Virus record (IMG/VR): IMGVR_UViG_3300045988_161728
DNA: 64,000 nucleotides
Origin: a virus
Lineage: Duplodnaviria > Heunggongvirae > Uroviricota > Caudoviricetes
Reading direction: 5' to 3' (one strand)
Shown here piece after piece: positions 19,304 through 29,719 of the stretch (positions are counted from its first letter, which is position 1; every line of letters starts with the position of its first letter). The position numbers and the translations under genes were made by a program. The notes under the pieces were generated by a model. It was not told the origin of the DNA, did no database searches, and worked only from the letters and a program-made list of their open reading frames with translations.

Positions 19304-19885
19304 TTACTGGAACGCCCGAACAATATCGGAGCTGTTATATATCGAAGAACCGGTCAACTGGAGGTTGACGGTGTTTTTCAGGAAATATCCATTACTGTCC
19401 CTTGGCGCATCGAGATCAAAACTTAAGTCCTGGATGGCGACATCGGTGATGTTGATCCGGCGACCAATGTTTAGCGTCACGCGCTCCGGGATTCGACCAC
19501 CAACATTGGCCGCTTTTAGTTCCGGGCTAATCATGGCTGTCAACGCGGCGATAGCGCCTGAAACTTCAATGAATGGATTGTTCAAAGCAATGAAAGTTAC
19601 AGGCAGCGTGAACGTCGGCGGAGTCCCCCCTTCCCAAACCATTAAGCTATTCCAACGGGCAACCGACGTTGTTTCAGTACCTACTTGCACAAAACCACCC
19701 AGAGCACCAGAAACAGATCCCATGGACATACCGGTAAACGGCGCTTCCCAATTCTGGGCCATGTTCATTGCCGCTCCCTGGCTGATATATCCGGTAACCT
19801 GGTACTGAGAGTTCGTTAAAGTAACTTTCAGAAATGGCGATACACCGTCAGCCTGGCTGTAAACCCCATAAGGTATAGGTGCCAT
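19304..19885 (-). CDS. Hypothetical virion protein
   Basis: 193 aa; same operon. Confidence 0.4.
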   Translation of the reverse strand: MAPIPYGVYSQADGVSPFLKVTLTNSQYQVTGYISQGAAMNMAQNWEAPFTGMSMGSVSGALGGFVQVGTETTSVARWNSLMVWEGGTPPTFTLPVTFIALNNPFIEVSGAIAALTAMISPELKAANVGGRIPERVTLNIGRRINITDVAIQDLSFDLDAPRDSNGYFLKNTVNLQLTGSSIYNSSDIVRAFQ

Positions 19886-19895
19886 TCAAGTTAAA

Positions 19896-19913
19896 GGCCG
19901 GAGTTCTCCGGCC
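19896..19913 (-). terminator. Stem-loop between virion genes (possible attenuator)
   Basis: GGCCGGAG-TTCT-CCGGCC followed on the minus strand by TTTAACTT. Confidence 0.35.
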
Positions 19914-19920
19914 TCCTCCT

Positions 19921-20736
19921 TTAGCCAAGGCGCTTACGGCGCAGTTTCATTGACTTTTTGCGGGCAAGTTTTGCCGCGCCGGTCTGGGCTTTTCGACGCG
20001 CTTTTTTCAGCGCCGATTTTTGAGCCGCAGTCAGACGTTTTTTACGCAGGCGTTTACGGATGAGTTTGATCTCACCGTTACGAACAACCTTCTTAAATGC
20101 TTCAGTCAGCATTTCATCAGAAGTGCCAGCAACAACAAACGCCGCTTCCAGTTCGTCGCGGTCGTCGCTATCTAAACCAGCGATAGAGGCACCAACATCA
20201 GCAGCAGCGTCGTCGTCTTCATCGTCAGCCAGTGCTTCGATCAGGTCATCATCTACACCGCATGCTGCGAGGAAGTCAGCAACATTTGCCCATGCTTCGT
20301 TATAGGCATCGTCCTGTTCTTCTGTAACTTCGGAGTCGTCGTCATCAGAGATACCAGCGATAGCCTGAACGAAACCATCAAGGGAGTCGAAAGTCAGATC
20401 ACCGCTATCAGCCCAGGAGAAAACGGCGTCGGCCGCATCACTCAACGCATTCTGCATAGCACTTCGATTTGCAGCTTCCAGAATCATCTGGTGCGCCTGT
20501 TCGACGGTCCATTCTTTACCGTCTTTCCCTTCCAGGATTTGCTCTGGAGCCGGGGCAGATGGAACGTTATCGTTAGTCTGTGCCGCCGGTTCCGGATTAT
20601 TATTAATAACCGGATCTGTTGGCGGTTCGGCGCTTGCTCGGGCAGACTCCATCAGCTGCACAGGATCAGAGTTCAAAGCGAAACGGGACAGTCCATTCCC
20701 CAAAAATGCCCCGGATTGAAAAAAGTTTTTGCTCAT
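19921..20736 (-). CDS. Acidic protein with highly basic C-terminal tail (P1 gene 21 position)
   Basis: 271 aa; Asp/Glu-rich centre, Lys/Arg-rich last 50 aa. Confidence 0.4.
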   Translation of the reverse strand: MSKNFFQSGAFLGNGLSRFALNSDPVQLMESARASAEPPTDPVINNNPEPAAQTNDNVPSAPAPEQILEGKDGKEWTVEQAHQMILEAANRSAMQNALSDAADAVFSWADSGDLTFDSLDGFVQAIAGISDDDDSEVTEEQDDAYNEAWANVADFLAACGVDDDLIEALADDEDDDAAADVGASIAGLDSDDRDELEAAFVVAGTSDEMLTEAFKKVVRNGEIKLIRKRLRKKRLTAAQKSALKKARRKAQTGAAKLARKKSMKLRRKRLG

Positions 20737-20745
20737 TGTATTCCC

Positions 20746-22335
20746 TTACTTAATAAGCAGCGGTACGCCCTGGATACGACGGGCTACGCCAGTCGGGCAG
20801 CAGGCCCAGACTACTTCCCATTTATCGAATTCCGCCTGCGTAACTTTCAGCACATACGGTTCTGTACCGTCAGCATCGGGATCACGAGGAGCCACCAGAG
20901 CGCCGGAGGCGACAAAGCGATCTAAAAGTTTGGTCATCCCTTTAGTCAGGCCAGCCGCAGTAATACCGTCCGGGCTATGCTTCATCTGTCGGGCTAACTG
21001 GACAAAGAAACGACTGATTGCATTCATCAGGGATGGGACGTGCTGGAAGTGCAGATAGTTATCCTGCGTGCAGCAAGTTAAAGCATCGTCGATGATCATC
21101 TGGCCAGAGGTGCCAACAGATACTTTATTGAGACGGCCCTTGACCATTGCTTCTTCGTCCGGGGTATCTTCCGGATACAGCGGTTGAATTGACGCACGAG
21201 CAATGACGGCACGTTCTTCACCAGCCGGTGAGTAATGCCAACCGCCGACATCAGAGTTTTTCTTGACGCCACGAGCTTTCGCCGCATACGCCGCGCCAGA
21301 CAGACCGAAGACCACACGGGATTGGGTCCATTTGTCTTTGCAGGAGAACGGGTAGTGATAGACAGAACAGCTTACATAATCGGTACCAAGTAAACCGGTA
21401 CCCTCAACAGCTGTTAGTGCTTCTGCGTACCTTAATGTCGGTTTGACATCAAAGAAGCCATCAATCAGGCGATCTGCACAGATTTTACCTAATGCGGTGA
21501 TAGCCGCATTGTCATAGCAGCCCAGGCCAAGAACAGCGGTGTACATGTACGGCGCATTATTCAGCACTTTAACCGCACGCAGGTAAGCAGCGGTTGAGAT
21601 TTTCGACTGATCGCCATTGGTACCGCCAGTGAATGCCACCGATTTTTTATTTGTTACTTTCGCTGTAGAAATCAGCTCTTCATTAACAACCGCACGCAGA
21701 TATTTAGAACGGGCTTCCAGAGCCGTAGGCAGATAACACAAGCGGCCCATGTCATCTTTCGCTTCTTCCGCCAAAGACACAGTGTGTGTCTCCAGGGTCG
21801 TTACCACACCGAGCGAAGTCGTCTGGGTCAGTTTTAAGAGGAAGCGTTCATTACCCGCGCTGTCCGCTGTTGCCGTTTCGATGGTTAACTCACGGGTAGG
21901 TGAAATACACGGATCACCATCATCAACGTAGATAGCAAAGGCTTCGCCGCTATCAAGTTCAATTTCAGAACCGTATGGCAACGCACTGTTAGCCGGTTCG
22001 CCTGATTCATCGAACATAATAATCGGGAACTTCGCATCATCCGGAACAGCACGGACAACATAACCAGACGTTTGCTGAATAGCTTCGTACACATGGCGAA
22101 TTGGTTCAAACTGTGAGCCGGAAGACGGCTTCAGCGGTTCGCCAAGAACATCTTCGTAATTGGACTCAGTAACCGCAAGAACAGTAAACGGCTTGCCACG
22201 CGCAAATACGCCAATACCAGCCCACAAGCTGCTATTTAATGCAACACCGGTAGATAACGTCGCATCGGCATTGATCGGGCTAACCGCGACGCCGGATGCA
22301 TTACCTAATGACTGTTGAATTGAATATTGAGACAT
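20746..22335 (-). CDS. Probable contractile tail sheath protein (P1 gp22 position)
   Basis: 529 aa (about 58 kDa), matching the remembered size of P1 sheath; positional. Confidence 0.4.
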   Translation of the reverse strand: MSQYSIQQSLGNASGVAVSPINADATLSTGVALNSSLWAGIGVFARGKPFTVLAVTESNYEDVLGEPLKPSSGSQFEPIRHVYEAIQQTSGYVVRAVPDDAKFPIIMFDESGEPANSALPYGSEIELDSGEAFAIYVDDGDPCISPTRELTIETATADSAGNERFLLKLTQTTSLGVVTTLETHTVSLAEEAKDDMGRLCYLPTALEARSKYLRAVVNEELISTAKVTNKKSVAFTGGTNGDQSKISTAAYLRAVKVLNNAPYMYTAVLGLGCYDNAAITALGKICADRLIDGFFDVKPTLRYAEALTAVEGTGLLGTDYVSCSVYHYPFSCKDKWTQSRVVFGLSGAAYAAKARGVKKNSDVGGWHYSPAGEERAVIARASIQPLYPEDTPDEEAMVKGRLNKVSVGTSGQMIIDDALTCCTQDNYLHFQHVPSLMNAISRFFVQLARQMKHSPDGITAAGLTKGMTKLLDRFVASGALVAPRDPDADGTEPYVLKVTQAEFDKWEVVWACCPTGVARRIQGVPLLIK

Positions 22336-22349
22336 AACTTTCCCTGTTA

Positions 22350-22368
22350 TGCGCCCCGCGCGGGGGCG
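22350..22368 (-). other. GC-rich stem-loop between capsid and sheath genes
   Basis: GCGCCCCGCGCGGGGGCGC perfect hairpin; no U-tract, so more likely an RNA-stability or partial termination element. Confidence 0.35.
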
Positions 22369-22395
22369 CTATGTTAAACGGAGAGCTTCCCCTGA

Positions 22396-24102
22396 TTACT
22401 CAGAGTCACCAGCATCAATCGTGTTACCGGTCAGGAAGTTAATTCCGCCATTTTTTGCCATAGTCAGAGTTACACGGGTGAAGTAGTCAGCACCGTTGCG
22501 TGGATGCATATCGTTGATAGCCGAACCCCACAGAGTGGTTCGGTTGACTAGTGCCGGGGTGGTCGGATGCTGGAATGGGACAGCCGGGACTGCATCACCA
22601 GTTACGAAGCCCGCTTTGCCCGGATTTTCATCACGGACGTAGCACAGCACATCCATTGGGCTGAACTGGATACCGTCGGCGGTCAGGTTCGTACAAATAC
22701 CTTCTGGTACTTCGAACACTTTGACGTTGCCGAACAGAGTGCCAATGTAGTGGACGTATGGGGTCTGGATGTAATCTTCTGCTGGCTGGAAGAAATCCTT
22801 CGGCAATTGTTTGAAGAAAGATGCCGCATCAGCACCGGCATACATCCCCATCGCACCAGAAGATTTAACACGCTCAATAATACCGCGATATACCGTCTGG
22901 AATTTGCCTCGAATGATGGTTGCCCACACATCAAAGGTCTGGTTAGCTGGTAGTGCAATATCAAAGGAGTCGGTCGCAAGAGTTCGCCAAATCATGATAC
23001 GAAGACGAAGCATATCTTGCTCATGGGACAGGTATTCCTTCAGGGTGCGGAACTGTAGGGAGCCAAGATCCAGACCAAATTCACGCTGTGCTTCATACGC
23101 CGCCTGTACCGTGTGCTCAGCCGCGATGACGAACTGGTTTGGGAACAGGGTGTAACTCTTCATTTCGTGGTTGATAAGTGGGATCAGCTCAGGAGCTGCT
23201 TCTATATTGATCTCCGCCTCAATGGCGATCTCAGTGCCTTTATCCGGCGCTTTGGAGAACGACAGGGCAATCTGACCAACGTTGTAATTCAAAGAGCAAG
23301 TAACAGTGATTTGTTCGCCTGCTTTGTTATTGAATGTGTGAAGCAGAGTACCGGAGCCGTTATCAACAACAGACTTAATACGGTTAACGTAGATGTTTGT
23401 GCGACCTTTGCGAATCGGGACATTCTGACCTTCGACATCTTCCATCTTGAAGGTTGCAGTTTTGCTGGTGCCGTCGGAGCTTGCAACCAGCACATAGCGG
23501 CGGCGCAACTGGCTGTACACGCCAACGGATTGCATGTCCAGAACATCACCAATAGCATAGGAGCCAAAAGAAGAACCCGCTACGTTAAAGATTTCATAGA
23601 TTTCGGACTTGTCACGCGTAACCGGAATGAATGTACACGCATCAGCGGTAGCTGCCCCCAACTGAACAGGCAGGATCATCGCCAAGAATAAAGGCAGACG
23701 CATAACCCCGTCAGAAACACTCATCATCTCTGCCGCGACTGATTCCAGCATCGCTTTATTGGTGGCGTCCATGCTATTGCGGGTGGACTCAATCAGGCAG
23801 TTTTCCAGCGTCTGATGGCAGGAGGCCAGAATTTCCGGACGTGGCATAGATTTATGTGTTGCGGCGTAGTCAGCCAGTGCACTTGCCCACGCTGTAGCGA
23901 TTTGAGCGGTGGCATTATCAGAGATACCCGCAAAAATTGGGTCTTTACGTGCAGCTTCAAGGATAGATGCGGCACGCGCGGCATCATCTTTAATGAATTG
24001 GTTATCAGTACCGAACTGCGCAGTGCTTGCCCAGCCAAGCACAGCTTTAGAGCGTTTTGCGATATCTGCAATACGATTCTGGTATTCGCGTAAGTTACTC
24101 AA
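22396..24102 (-). CDS. Probable major capsid protein (P1 gp23 position)
   Basis: ORF track to 24123; TTG at 24102 with AAGGAAGAG RBS preferred; about 62 kDa, last gene before parS. Confidence 0.4.
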   Translation of the reverse strand: MSNLREYQNRIADIAKRSKAVLGWASTAQFGTDNQFIKDDAARAASILEAARKDPIFAGISDNATAQIATAWASALADYAATHKSMPRPEILASCHQTLENCLIESTRNSMDATNKAMLESVAAEMMSVSDGVMRLPLFLAMILPVQLGAATADACTFIPVTRDKSEIYEIFNVAGSSFGSYAIGDVLDMQSVGVYSQLRRRYVLVASSDGTSKTATFKMEDVEGQNVPIRKGRTNIYVNRIKSVVDNGSGTLLHTFNNKAGEQITVTCSLNYNVGQIALSFSKAPDKGTEIAIEAEINIEAAPELIPLINHEMKSYTLFPNQFVIAAEHTVQAAYEAQREFGLDLGSLQFRTLKEYLSHEQDMLRLRIMIWRTLATDSFDIALPANQTFDVWATIIRGKFQTVYRGIIERVKSSGAMGMYAGADAASFFKQLPKDFFQPAEDYIQTPYVHYIGTLFGNVKVFEVPEGICTNLTADGIQFSPMDVLCYVRDENPGKAGFVTGDAVPAVPFQHPTTPALVNRTTLWGSAINDMHPRNGADYFTRVTLTMAKNGGINFLTGNTIDAGDSE

Positions 24103-24237
24103 TTTACTCTTCCTTAAACACAAGGCACTTGTGTGAATCCCTTTTCGGAAGAGATTTTATTGAAAGTCACTTGTTGACTTTCTCGTGACAAGCAATTTTT
24201 TTATTTTTTTTCGGGAGTAGGGGAGGAAGGTAAAATC

Positions 24238-24326
24238 CAAGGTGAAATCGTGGCGATTTCACCTTGAAATTTTAGAGTGATTTACTTTAAAAACAGTAGG
24301 TTAATAGTGAAATTTGAATGGCGAAA
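24238..24326. promoter_or_regulatory. parS: parS partition site
   Basis: GGTGAAATCGTGGCGATTTCACC (box A heptamers ATTTCAC and box B TCGCCA in inverted arrangement) plus further GTGAAAT and TGGCGAA copies across an AT-rich spacer; immediately downstream of parB. Confidence 0.75.
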
Positions 24327-24328
24327 GT

Positions 24329-25330
24329 TTAAGGCTTCGGCTTTTTATCGAGGCTCTTTCTAAGGATATGCCCAATCATCCTGTCGAGTTCTTCCTGTAG
24401 CTCTTTTGAAAGTCGATTAAACTCATAAGAAAATGCACGGCCTTTCACGCGCTTCCTTGCAAAGCGATCCTTGTCCTCAAATTTCCATAATTCAGTAACT
24501 ACGGACTTATCTTTAGAACCTTTATCCGTGAGTAGTGAGGCTTCCTTTGTTATCAAGCGCAGGATTTTATTTTTAACTTCATCTTCGGCCATTTCTTCAA
24601 TGGATAAGATGTCGTTTATTTCCGGGGATATGTTTTGAATAAGCTGATCAAACTCTAAATTCTTGTTCCCCATTTCGTCGCCAACAGCACAAAGCGTTTT
24701 GTAGTCCGAAAAGGTTAATTCCGACTGCACAGGGAAAAGGGCGACTAATTCTTCCGGAGCACTCGCTGCCTGGAGAGCACGCGTGACTTTCGCCTGAGAC
24801 AGCCCTTCCTTGGCTGCAATATCCTTCTGACTCATCCCATCATTTTTCATTCGCATCAAACGCAGACCTATTTCTCGAATGCTGTGCTGCAATGCTGTCT
24901 GAACGTCTTTCGCTAAATTTTGCGCTTCCTGAACGCTGATCTCCTGGTCCGTGACTAAAACCCGCAACCCTACGTTCTCTAAGATGGCAGAAGCTCGACG
25001 CCGGGAACCATCCAAAATTTCAATTTTCCCTGTAGCCCGTCTAACACCTATTGCAGGGTAAAATTGCTGATGCTTAATAGTGCTTCGGATACTTTTTAAT
25101 GATTTTGGCGTAAGAGATGCCTGGTCACGCCCGTTGTTATGCTGATCAACAAAGGTATCGCTTTCTACCTGGTTCGGAGGTATTACCTCTTCAATAAATG
25201 TGGCCTGGCGACCAGTTGATAACTTGAATACCTGCTCGACTCGATCGCCAGAGGCTGAAGAACTATCAAATCCGCTTAATATTGAAGGATTAAGGGTTCG
25301 CCCAATTGTTGGTCTGTTTTTCTTTGACAT
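24329..25330 (-). CDS. parB: Partition protein ParB
   Basis: 333 aa; N-terminus MSKKNRPTIGRTLNPSILSGF; downstream of parA and upstream of parS. Confidence 0.9.
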   Translation of the reverse strand: MSKKNRPTIGRTLNPSILSGFDSSSASGDRVEQVFKLSTGRQATFIEEVIPPNQVESDTFVDQHNNGRDQASLTPKSLKSIRSTIKHQQFYPAIGVRRATGKIEILDGSRRRASAILENVGLRVLVTDQEISVQEAQNLAKDVQTALQHSIREIGLRLMRMKNDGMSQKDIAAKEGLSQAKVTRALQAASAPEELVALFPVQSELTFSDYKTLCAVGDEMGNKNLEFDQLIQNISPEINDILSIEEMAEDEVKNKILRLITKEASLLTDKGSKDKSVVTELWKFEDKDRFARKRVKGRAFSYEFNRLSKELQEELDRMIGHILRKSLDKKPKP

Positions 25331-25346
25331 GGGGGTTTCTTACTCC

Positions 25347-26543
25347 TCAGTTAGATCTGATAAATTCAATACGGTCAAAAACTGCTTTAGCAAAATCTTC
25401 CGCGGCAATTCGCGCGTTCTTCAATGCATCAGCACTACCAACATACGTTGCCGGGTTAGCTGAAATAACAGTGTCAAAAGACTCGCCGCAACGTTCAAAA
25501 CCGTCAAGGCGAGGGAGGACGACATCGAGCATATCCCCACCGAACACTTCTTTAGCCAAGCTATGGCAATACTTATGATCTGCCTTGTTACTCAACTTGG
25601 ACATAAAACCAATGTTAGTCGCAAGCTGGCACTCGCAGCCTTCATCCGAAATGAGTTTCACCAACTCAGGAAGGCGGGCAACGTATTTAAGCGATGAGTG
25701 GAAATCGACAGTTGCTGGCGGCAGAGGTGTAAACAGTATATTGGCCGAGGCCAAAGCATTTTTCAGGAAGGCGTCAAGGTGAGGACCACTATCAACGAGG
25801 ATAAAGTCATAATCGCTCTTCAGCTTATCAATCACATTTTCTTTCAGGACAGCATGGATGTTCTGACCCGGTAGATGCTCATTGCACAGCTCTCTCCAAT
25901 CGGATGCAATAAAGGCATCGTCAATCGACGCAGGCATAACGTCAACCCCAGGTACAACAGAAGGAACAATAAACTCCTCTAACAGCTCTTCACGGCTTAC
26001 ATTCTGCAACATAGCCTGTGCAGATGTTGCGTTTACGATACCAATAGAGTGTTTATGGCTTAAAAACATCGTTGCTGAAGATTGCGGATCAAGGTCAATA
26101 ACCAGAATCCTTAAATCTTCCATCAGAAGATGAGGGTGGGCACGCATTGCATGCGCCAGAGAAACCGTCGATACAGTTTTTGACACACCGCCTTTAAGAT
26201 TGGAGATGAAAATCACATACGCTTCGCTGTAGCGATCCCGGTATTTTGGCACTCCGCGATGTTCATATATGTCAATGATGTTCTGAATTGACATCGCATA
26301 TTTCATTGAAGAGCCAGCAGGGCGTTTATCGAAAACATAGCCCTTTTCTTCCATTTCACTTACGGCATAGTCAACGTTCGCTCGAGTCAGTAGAGGCAAT
26401 TTTGCCAGTGCCGCTTTCGCATAGACCTGGTAAAACTCGTTCGCGTGTAGCTCATCCTTTTGCAACTGTACTTGTTCAGTCAGAACATTGAGCATTCTGT
26501 TTGCTCTTTGAGCAACCTTGTGAAGCTGGCTGGAATCACTCAT
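25347..26543 (-). CDS. parA: Partition ATPase ParA
   Basis: 398 aa; deviant Walker A LKGGVSKT; N-terminal extension typical of type Ia ParA. Confidence 0.9.
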   Translation of the reverse strand: MSDSSQLHKVAQRANRMLNVLTEQVQLQKDELHANEFYQVYAKAALAKLPLLTRANVDYAVSEMEEKGYVFDKRPAGSSMKYAMSIQNIIDIYEHRGVPKYRDRYSEAYVIFISNLKGGVSKTVSTVSLAHAMRAHPHLLMEDLRILVIDLDPQSSATMFLSHKHSIGIVNATSAQAMLQNVSREELLEEFIVPSVVPGVDVMPASIDDAFIASDWRELCNEHLPGQNIHAVLKENVIDKLKSDYDFILVDSGPHLDAFLKNALASANILFTPLPPATVDFHSSLKYVARLPELVKLISDEGCECQLATNIGFMSKLSNKADHKYCHSLAKEVFGGDMLDVVLPRLDGFERCGESFDTVISANPATYVGSADALKNARIAAEDFAKAVFDRIEFIRSN

Positions 26544-26816
26544 CGAAAGTCATCCTTTATGCTGTATTTTTGAATTTAATTAAAAATGCTGCATAAAATA
26601 ATAATGTATGCGTAGATGCTTGTACATAGCATTCTCTGCATGTTTACTCCTTTGCCAAGTGTGTCACAACATGCTTTGGCATCCTCCACGTATAAAGGAC
26701 GCGGATTTCTTCTATGTTCAGGTTGTAGCCTGAATCATTTTGGTGATTTCCTGCTTCAACGGGCAGCCAGGCTTCACTCTCTATCAACTGGTGAGAACGG
26801 CTTGCCCGGCAGCTTC

Positions 26817-27100
26817 GATGTGTGCTGGAGGGAGAATAAAAGTCTAAGATGTGCGATAGAGGGAAGTCGCATTGAATTATGTGCTGTGGAGGGATCGCTG
26901 GTATCAAATATGTGTGCTGGAGGGAAAGACAGAGAATTACATGTGCGCTGGAGGGAAAAACTGATGGACAGATGTGTGCTGGAGGGAAAGTCTGGGCAAA
27001 CTGCGGGGCGTCCCCCTCCAGCGCACATCAAAAACAGGAAATTGGACAAGCCTTCCCGGCAGCACACATTTTTTGAATGCAGCTGCCCTCCAGCACACAC
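26817..27100. repeat. incA iteron array (about 9 RepA-binding repeats)
   Basis: Six copies of GATGTGTGCTGGAGGGAAA-like 19-mers in one orientation (26817..26988) and three in the opposite (27011..27100), abutting the repA stop. Confidence 0.8.
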
Positions 27101-27961
27101 TTATTCGGGGAGTTTCAGCTTTGGATTGCGAGAATGGACGATTACAAAACTTTCCCGGCCTTTCTTCTCAATTGAACAGTCGAGATAGCCGATTGTTTTA
27201 AGCTGTTCTATCGCTTTCTTAATGATACGGTTTTGCTCGCCAACAGCTGACTGCAAAGCCAGGCGCTCACGGATTCGCGCGAACGATAGCGGCAACGGGT
27301 TCTGCGGAAGGCTTTCGATGAAAGTGTAAATGGCTTGTGCAGCTTCTTTCTTCGGAAGGGCACGCAAGGCGTGGTGTTGCAACAGAACGCGATAATCAAG
27401 CTGGAACAGCTCCCACAACTTCGAATCAGCCTCCAGCTCTATCAGATCAAGGTCAGCATCAAAACGCCCGACCTTCAGCAGACCAGTCTGATAGCCGCCT
27501 TTAGCATCTTTTCCGCGCTTAAAAGCGATACCCTTGTTACGCAAGCGTCCAAGTGATTCATGAATGGTTAAACGCAGTTTCGCATCCAGACGTTTTGAGG
27601 GGAAACCACAGGCTTTAGCGAATTCCTGAAACGATAACTGGATGGTGTTTGAGGACAAGCCGTATTTGCTGAACGCGTAGATGACACCGATCCACGTTTT
27701 GAAATCAGTATCCATATCGAGTCGAGGACCGGTGATTTTAATATCATCGTAACCCTCGGCTTTAGCTATCTCCAGCTGGGAAAACGCTTTGGTGGCATCA
27801 ATCTCTTTACTTTCTCCTTTGCTCTTTGATGGCTTCGGCACGAATACCCCCAAGCGCATCAACGCTACAGGCTGCACAGTGTTGTTTGAATTAACTGTTA
27901 GTTCTTTTGCCTTACTTTCAATGTCTGCGTAAAGAATATCGGAGATAAATGATTGATTCAT
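27101..27961 (-). CDS. repA: Plasmid replication initiator RepA
   Basis: 286 aa flanked by iteron arrays on both sides. Confidence 0.9.
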   Translation of the reverse strand: MNQSFISDILYADIESKAKELTVNSNNTVQPVALMRLGVFVPKPSKSKGESKEIDATKAFSQLEIAKAEGYDDIKITGPRLDMDTDFKTWIGVIYAFSKYGLSSNTIQLSFQEFAKACGFPSKRLDAKLRLTIHESLGRLRNKGIAFKRGKDAKGGYQTGLLKVGRFDADLDLIELEADSKLWELFQLDYRVLLQHHALRALPKKEAAQAIYTFIESLPQNPLPLSFARIRERLALQSAVGEQNRIIKKAIEQLKTIGYLDCSIEKKGRESFVIVHSRNPKLKLPE

Positions 27962-28019
27962 ATTACTTTTTCCGAATTGTGTGGATAGTTTTTATAAGTG
28001 GTGATAACTACCCAGGCTT

Positions 28020-28122
28020 TCCCGTCAGCACACATCCTATATCCCGCCAGCACACATTAGCAACCCGTCAGCACACATTTTTATCCCTCCAGCACACATC
28101 GTTTTCCCTCCAGCACACATCG
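28020..28122. repeat. incC iteron array (5 repeats)
   Basis: Five CCAGCACACAT-core repeats spaced about 21 bp, upstream of repA. Confidence 0.8.
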
Positions 28123-28139
28123 CGATACACTTCTAAGCC

Positions 28140-28240
28140 AGACGTGGCGCGGCCTGCAACGATCAGGGATCTATATGGATCTAATTGGGATCTGTATGGA
28201 CCTGATTATTGGATCTACCCAGTGGATAATGTGGATAAGT
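28140..28240. promoter_or_regulatory. oriR core: GATC cluster and tandem DnaA boxes
   Basis: Five GATC in 28150..28215; AGTGGATAA-TGTGGATAA at 28221..28238 (DnaA box TTATCCACA on the other strand). Confidence 0.7.
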
Positions 28241-28287
28241 GAAAAACCGGCCACTGAGGACCGATTTCTGTGAAGAGTTGAAGCGAA

Positions 28288-28689
28288 TTAGTTGTCGTTT
28301 TCCGTACCTACTTCTTCGATCAACAAACTACTTGTATAGATGCGTAACGTATCACCTTTGTAGAGGAATTGATAACCAACACCTCCTATGGCAGGGAGGT
28401 CGGGGAACATTTCAGAAGCAACCCCAGAGCAAATCACGGCGATACAGTCATCCCGCTGTACATCCTTACGCTCTGTACTCAAAGTTTGCTCTTCCCCGAT
28501 TGCCTTTGTCATCTCCTCATCTTCGTACGCAACAGGGATATATTCAATCGCATCAGGCGTTTTGATACCCAGTTCTTCAGCAATCTCGAACGCCTGTTTA
28601 AATTGATCTGACCCAGGATATCCAACGGTAATACTCTCAATTTCGAACAAAGAAGTAGCGTTGTTTATTTCTTGTTTAACCGCAAACAT
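28288..28689 (-). CDS. Hypothetical protein (P1 UpfA position)
   Basis: 133 aa acidic ORF next to oriR. Confidence 0.45.
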   Translation of the reverse strand: MFAVKQEINNATSLFEIESITVGYPGSDQFKQAFEIAEELGIKTPDAIEYIPVAYEDEEMTKAIGEEQTLSTERKDVQRDDCIAVICSGVASEMFPDLPAIGGVGYQFLYKGDTLRIYTSSLLIEEVGTENDN

Positions 28690-28759
28690 GTTGTTTGTCC
28701 TTAGTGGCTTCCTGCCAAAGTAAAGTCATGAGTGTTGATATTACGATTTCTACAGTTGA

Positions 28760-29119
28760 TTAAATCTGCTCGCTGAGCTTTTGCTTCAGCAGATAACCTT
28801 CCAGCGGCCAGATTTTCTCAATGGCGTTCTTACGGGCCACCTTACGGCCAATCTCCGCGTCGAAATTTTCAGGGCTGGCACAGGCGCTTTCCCCGGTAAC
28901 AATGAATCCATTGCACAGCACCAAGACACAGATGGTCAGGCTACGCGTAGAGGGATGAACAGACAGCACCTCACGAACGCCTTCGTGCGCAGCGCGAATG
29001 CCGTCAAAAGCTGTGAAATAATGCTCTTCGGCAATCACACTCTCGATGTGATCAGGAGTCAGGCGTGGTGCTGTTTTGCCTTTGGCCAGAATCTCTTTTT
29101 CAATTTCCATATCGGACAT
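28760..29119 (-). CDS. Hypothetical protein
   Basis: 119 aa ORF, no clear RBS conflict. Confidence 0.45.
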   Translation of the reverse strand: MSDMEIEKEILAKGKTAPRLTPDHIESVIAEEHYFTAFDGIRAAHEGVREVLSVHPSTRSLTICVLVLCNGFIVTGESACASPENFDAEIGRKVARKNAIEKIWPLEGYLLKQKLSEQI

Positions 29120-29130
29120 AGTTTTTCCTT

Positions 29131-29463
29131 TTAGTTACCGCTGATAGCACGGTTGTAATCATTAACGTTGCGATTCTTCCTGTTAATCCCCTTCAGCATC
29201 GTTTCTGTATCGAGGATATACGCTGGCAGATCATCAAAATATTCACTGCTAAACTCTGGCATTCTGCACATAAATGCACTTTTGGGGGCAGGGTGGTTAA
29301 CCTTTGTCGGCGTCGGCGTTAAATTCGCTGATCGACTCCCGGAGCAACCGCTGAGTGTCAGCAGGAATGCGCTGGCGAACATTACCCGCCGCAACCAGTT
29401 GTTTCTGAACTTCAGCTTTTCGTTCCATTTGCCTGTCAGCATATTTGGCTTGTTCTGATTCAT
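29131..29463 (-). CDS. mlp: Lipoprotein, o-spanin (Rz1)-like (P1 Mlp position)
   Basis: Lipobox LTLSGC followed by Pro/Thr-rich segment; 5' part overlaps the 3' end of the upstream gene in another frame; true start probably internal (29442 or 29382). Confidence 0.5.
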   Translation of the reverse strand: MNQNKPNMLTGKWNEKLKFRNNWLRRVMFASAFLLTLSGCSGSRSANLTPTPTKVNHPAPKSAFMCRMPEFSSEYFDDLPAYILDTETMLKGINRKNRNVNDYNRAISGN

Positions 29464-29719
29464 TTTTCACTTCCTGGCTGTGAAAATGTTGCTCTGCTTT
29501 GTTCATCGTCTCAATGGTCTGGTTAAGATCCATTATTGACTTATCACGTTCCTTAACAGCCTGATCAAGACTGCCAATTTTCTCCATGGCTTGCTTTAGC
29601 TGATGACGTTCCCATGCAAACCCAGCACCAACAAGTGCGCAAATCAGAACAAGAACACCAGTAGCAGCAAGTTTCTCCTTCAAAGACAAAGCTGTTTTTA
29701 ACGTAGAAAAGAATGACAT
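29297..29719 (-). CDS. Type II membrane protein, i-spanin (Rz)-like (P1 PpfA position)
   Basis: Start ATG 29719 with AGGAGG RBS (ORF track starts at 29746); N-terminal TM helix then charged coiled-coil-like periplasmic domain, about 140 aa. Confidence 0.5.
   Translation of the reverse strand: MSFFSTLKTALSLKEKLAATGVLVLICALVGAGFAWERHQLKQAMEKIGSLDQAVKERDKSIMDLNQTIETMNKAEQHFHSQEVKNESEQAKYADRQMERKAEVQKQLVAAGNVRQRIPADTQRLLRESISEFNADADKG

Noticed and set aside
26616-27201. Several ORFs (26616..27188 +, 26774..27100 -, 26879..27076 +, 26974..27201 +) with repetitive Cys/Gly-rich translations
   Set aside because: They are translations of the incA iteron repeats; the repetition is in the DNA, not a protein.
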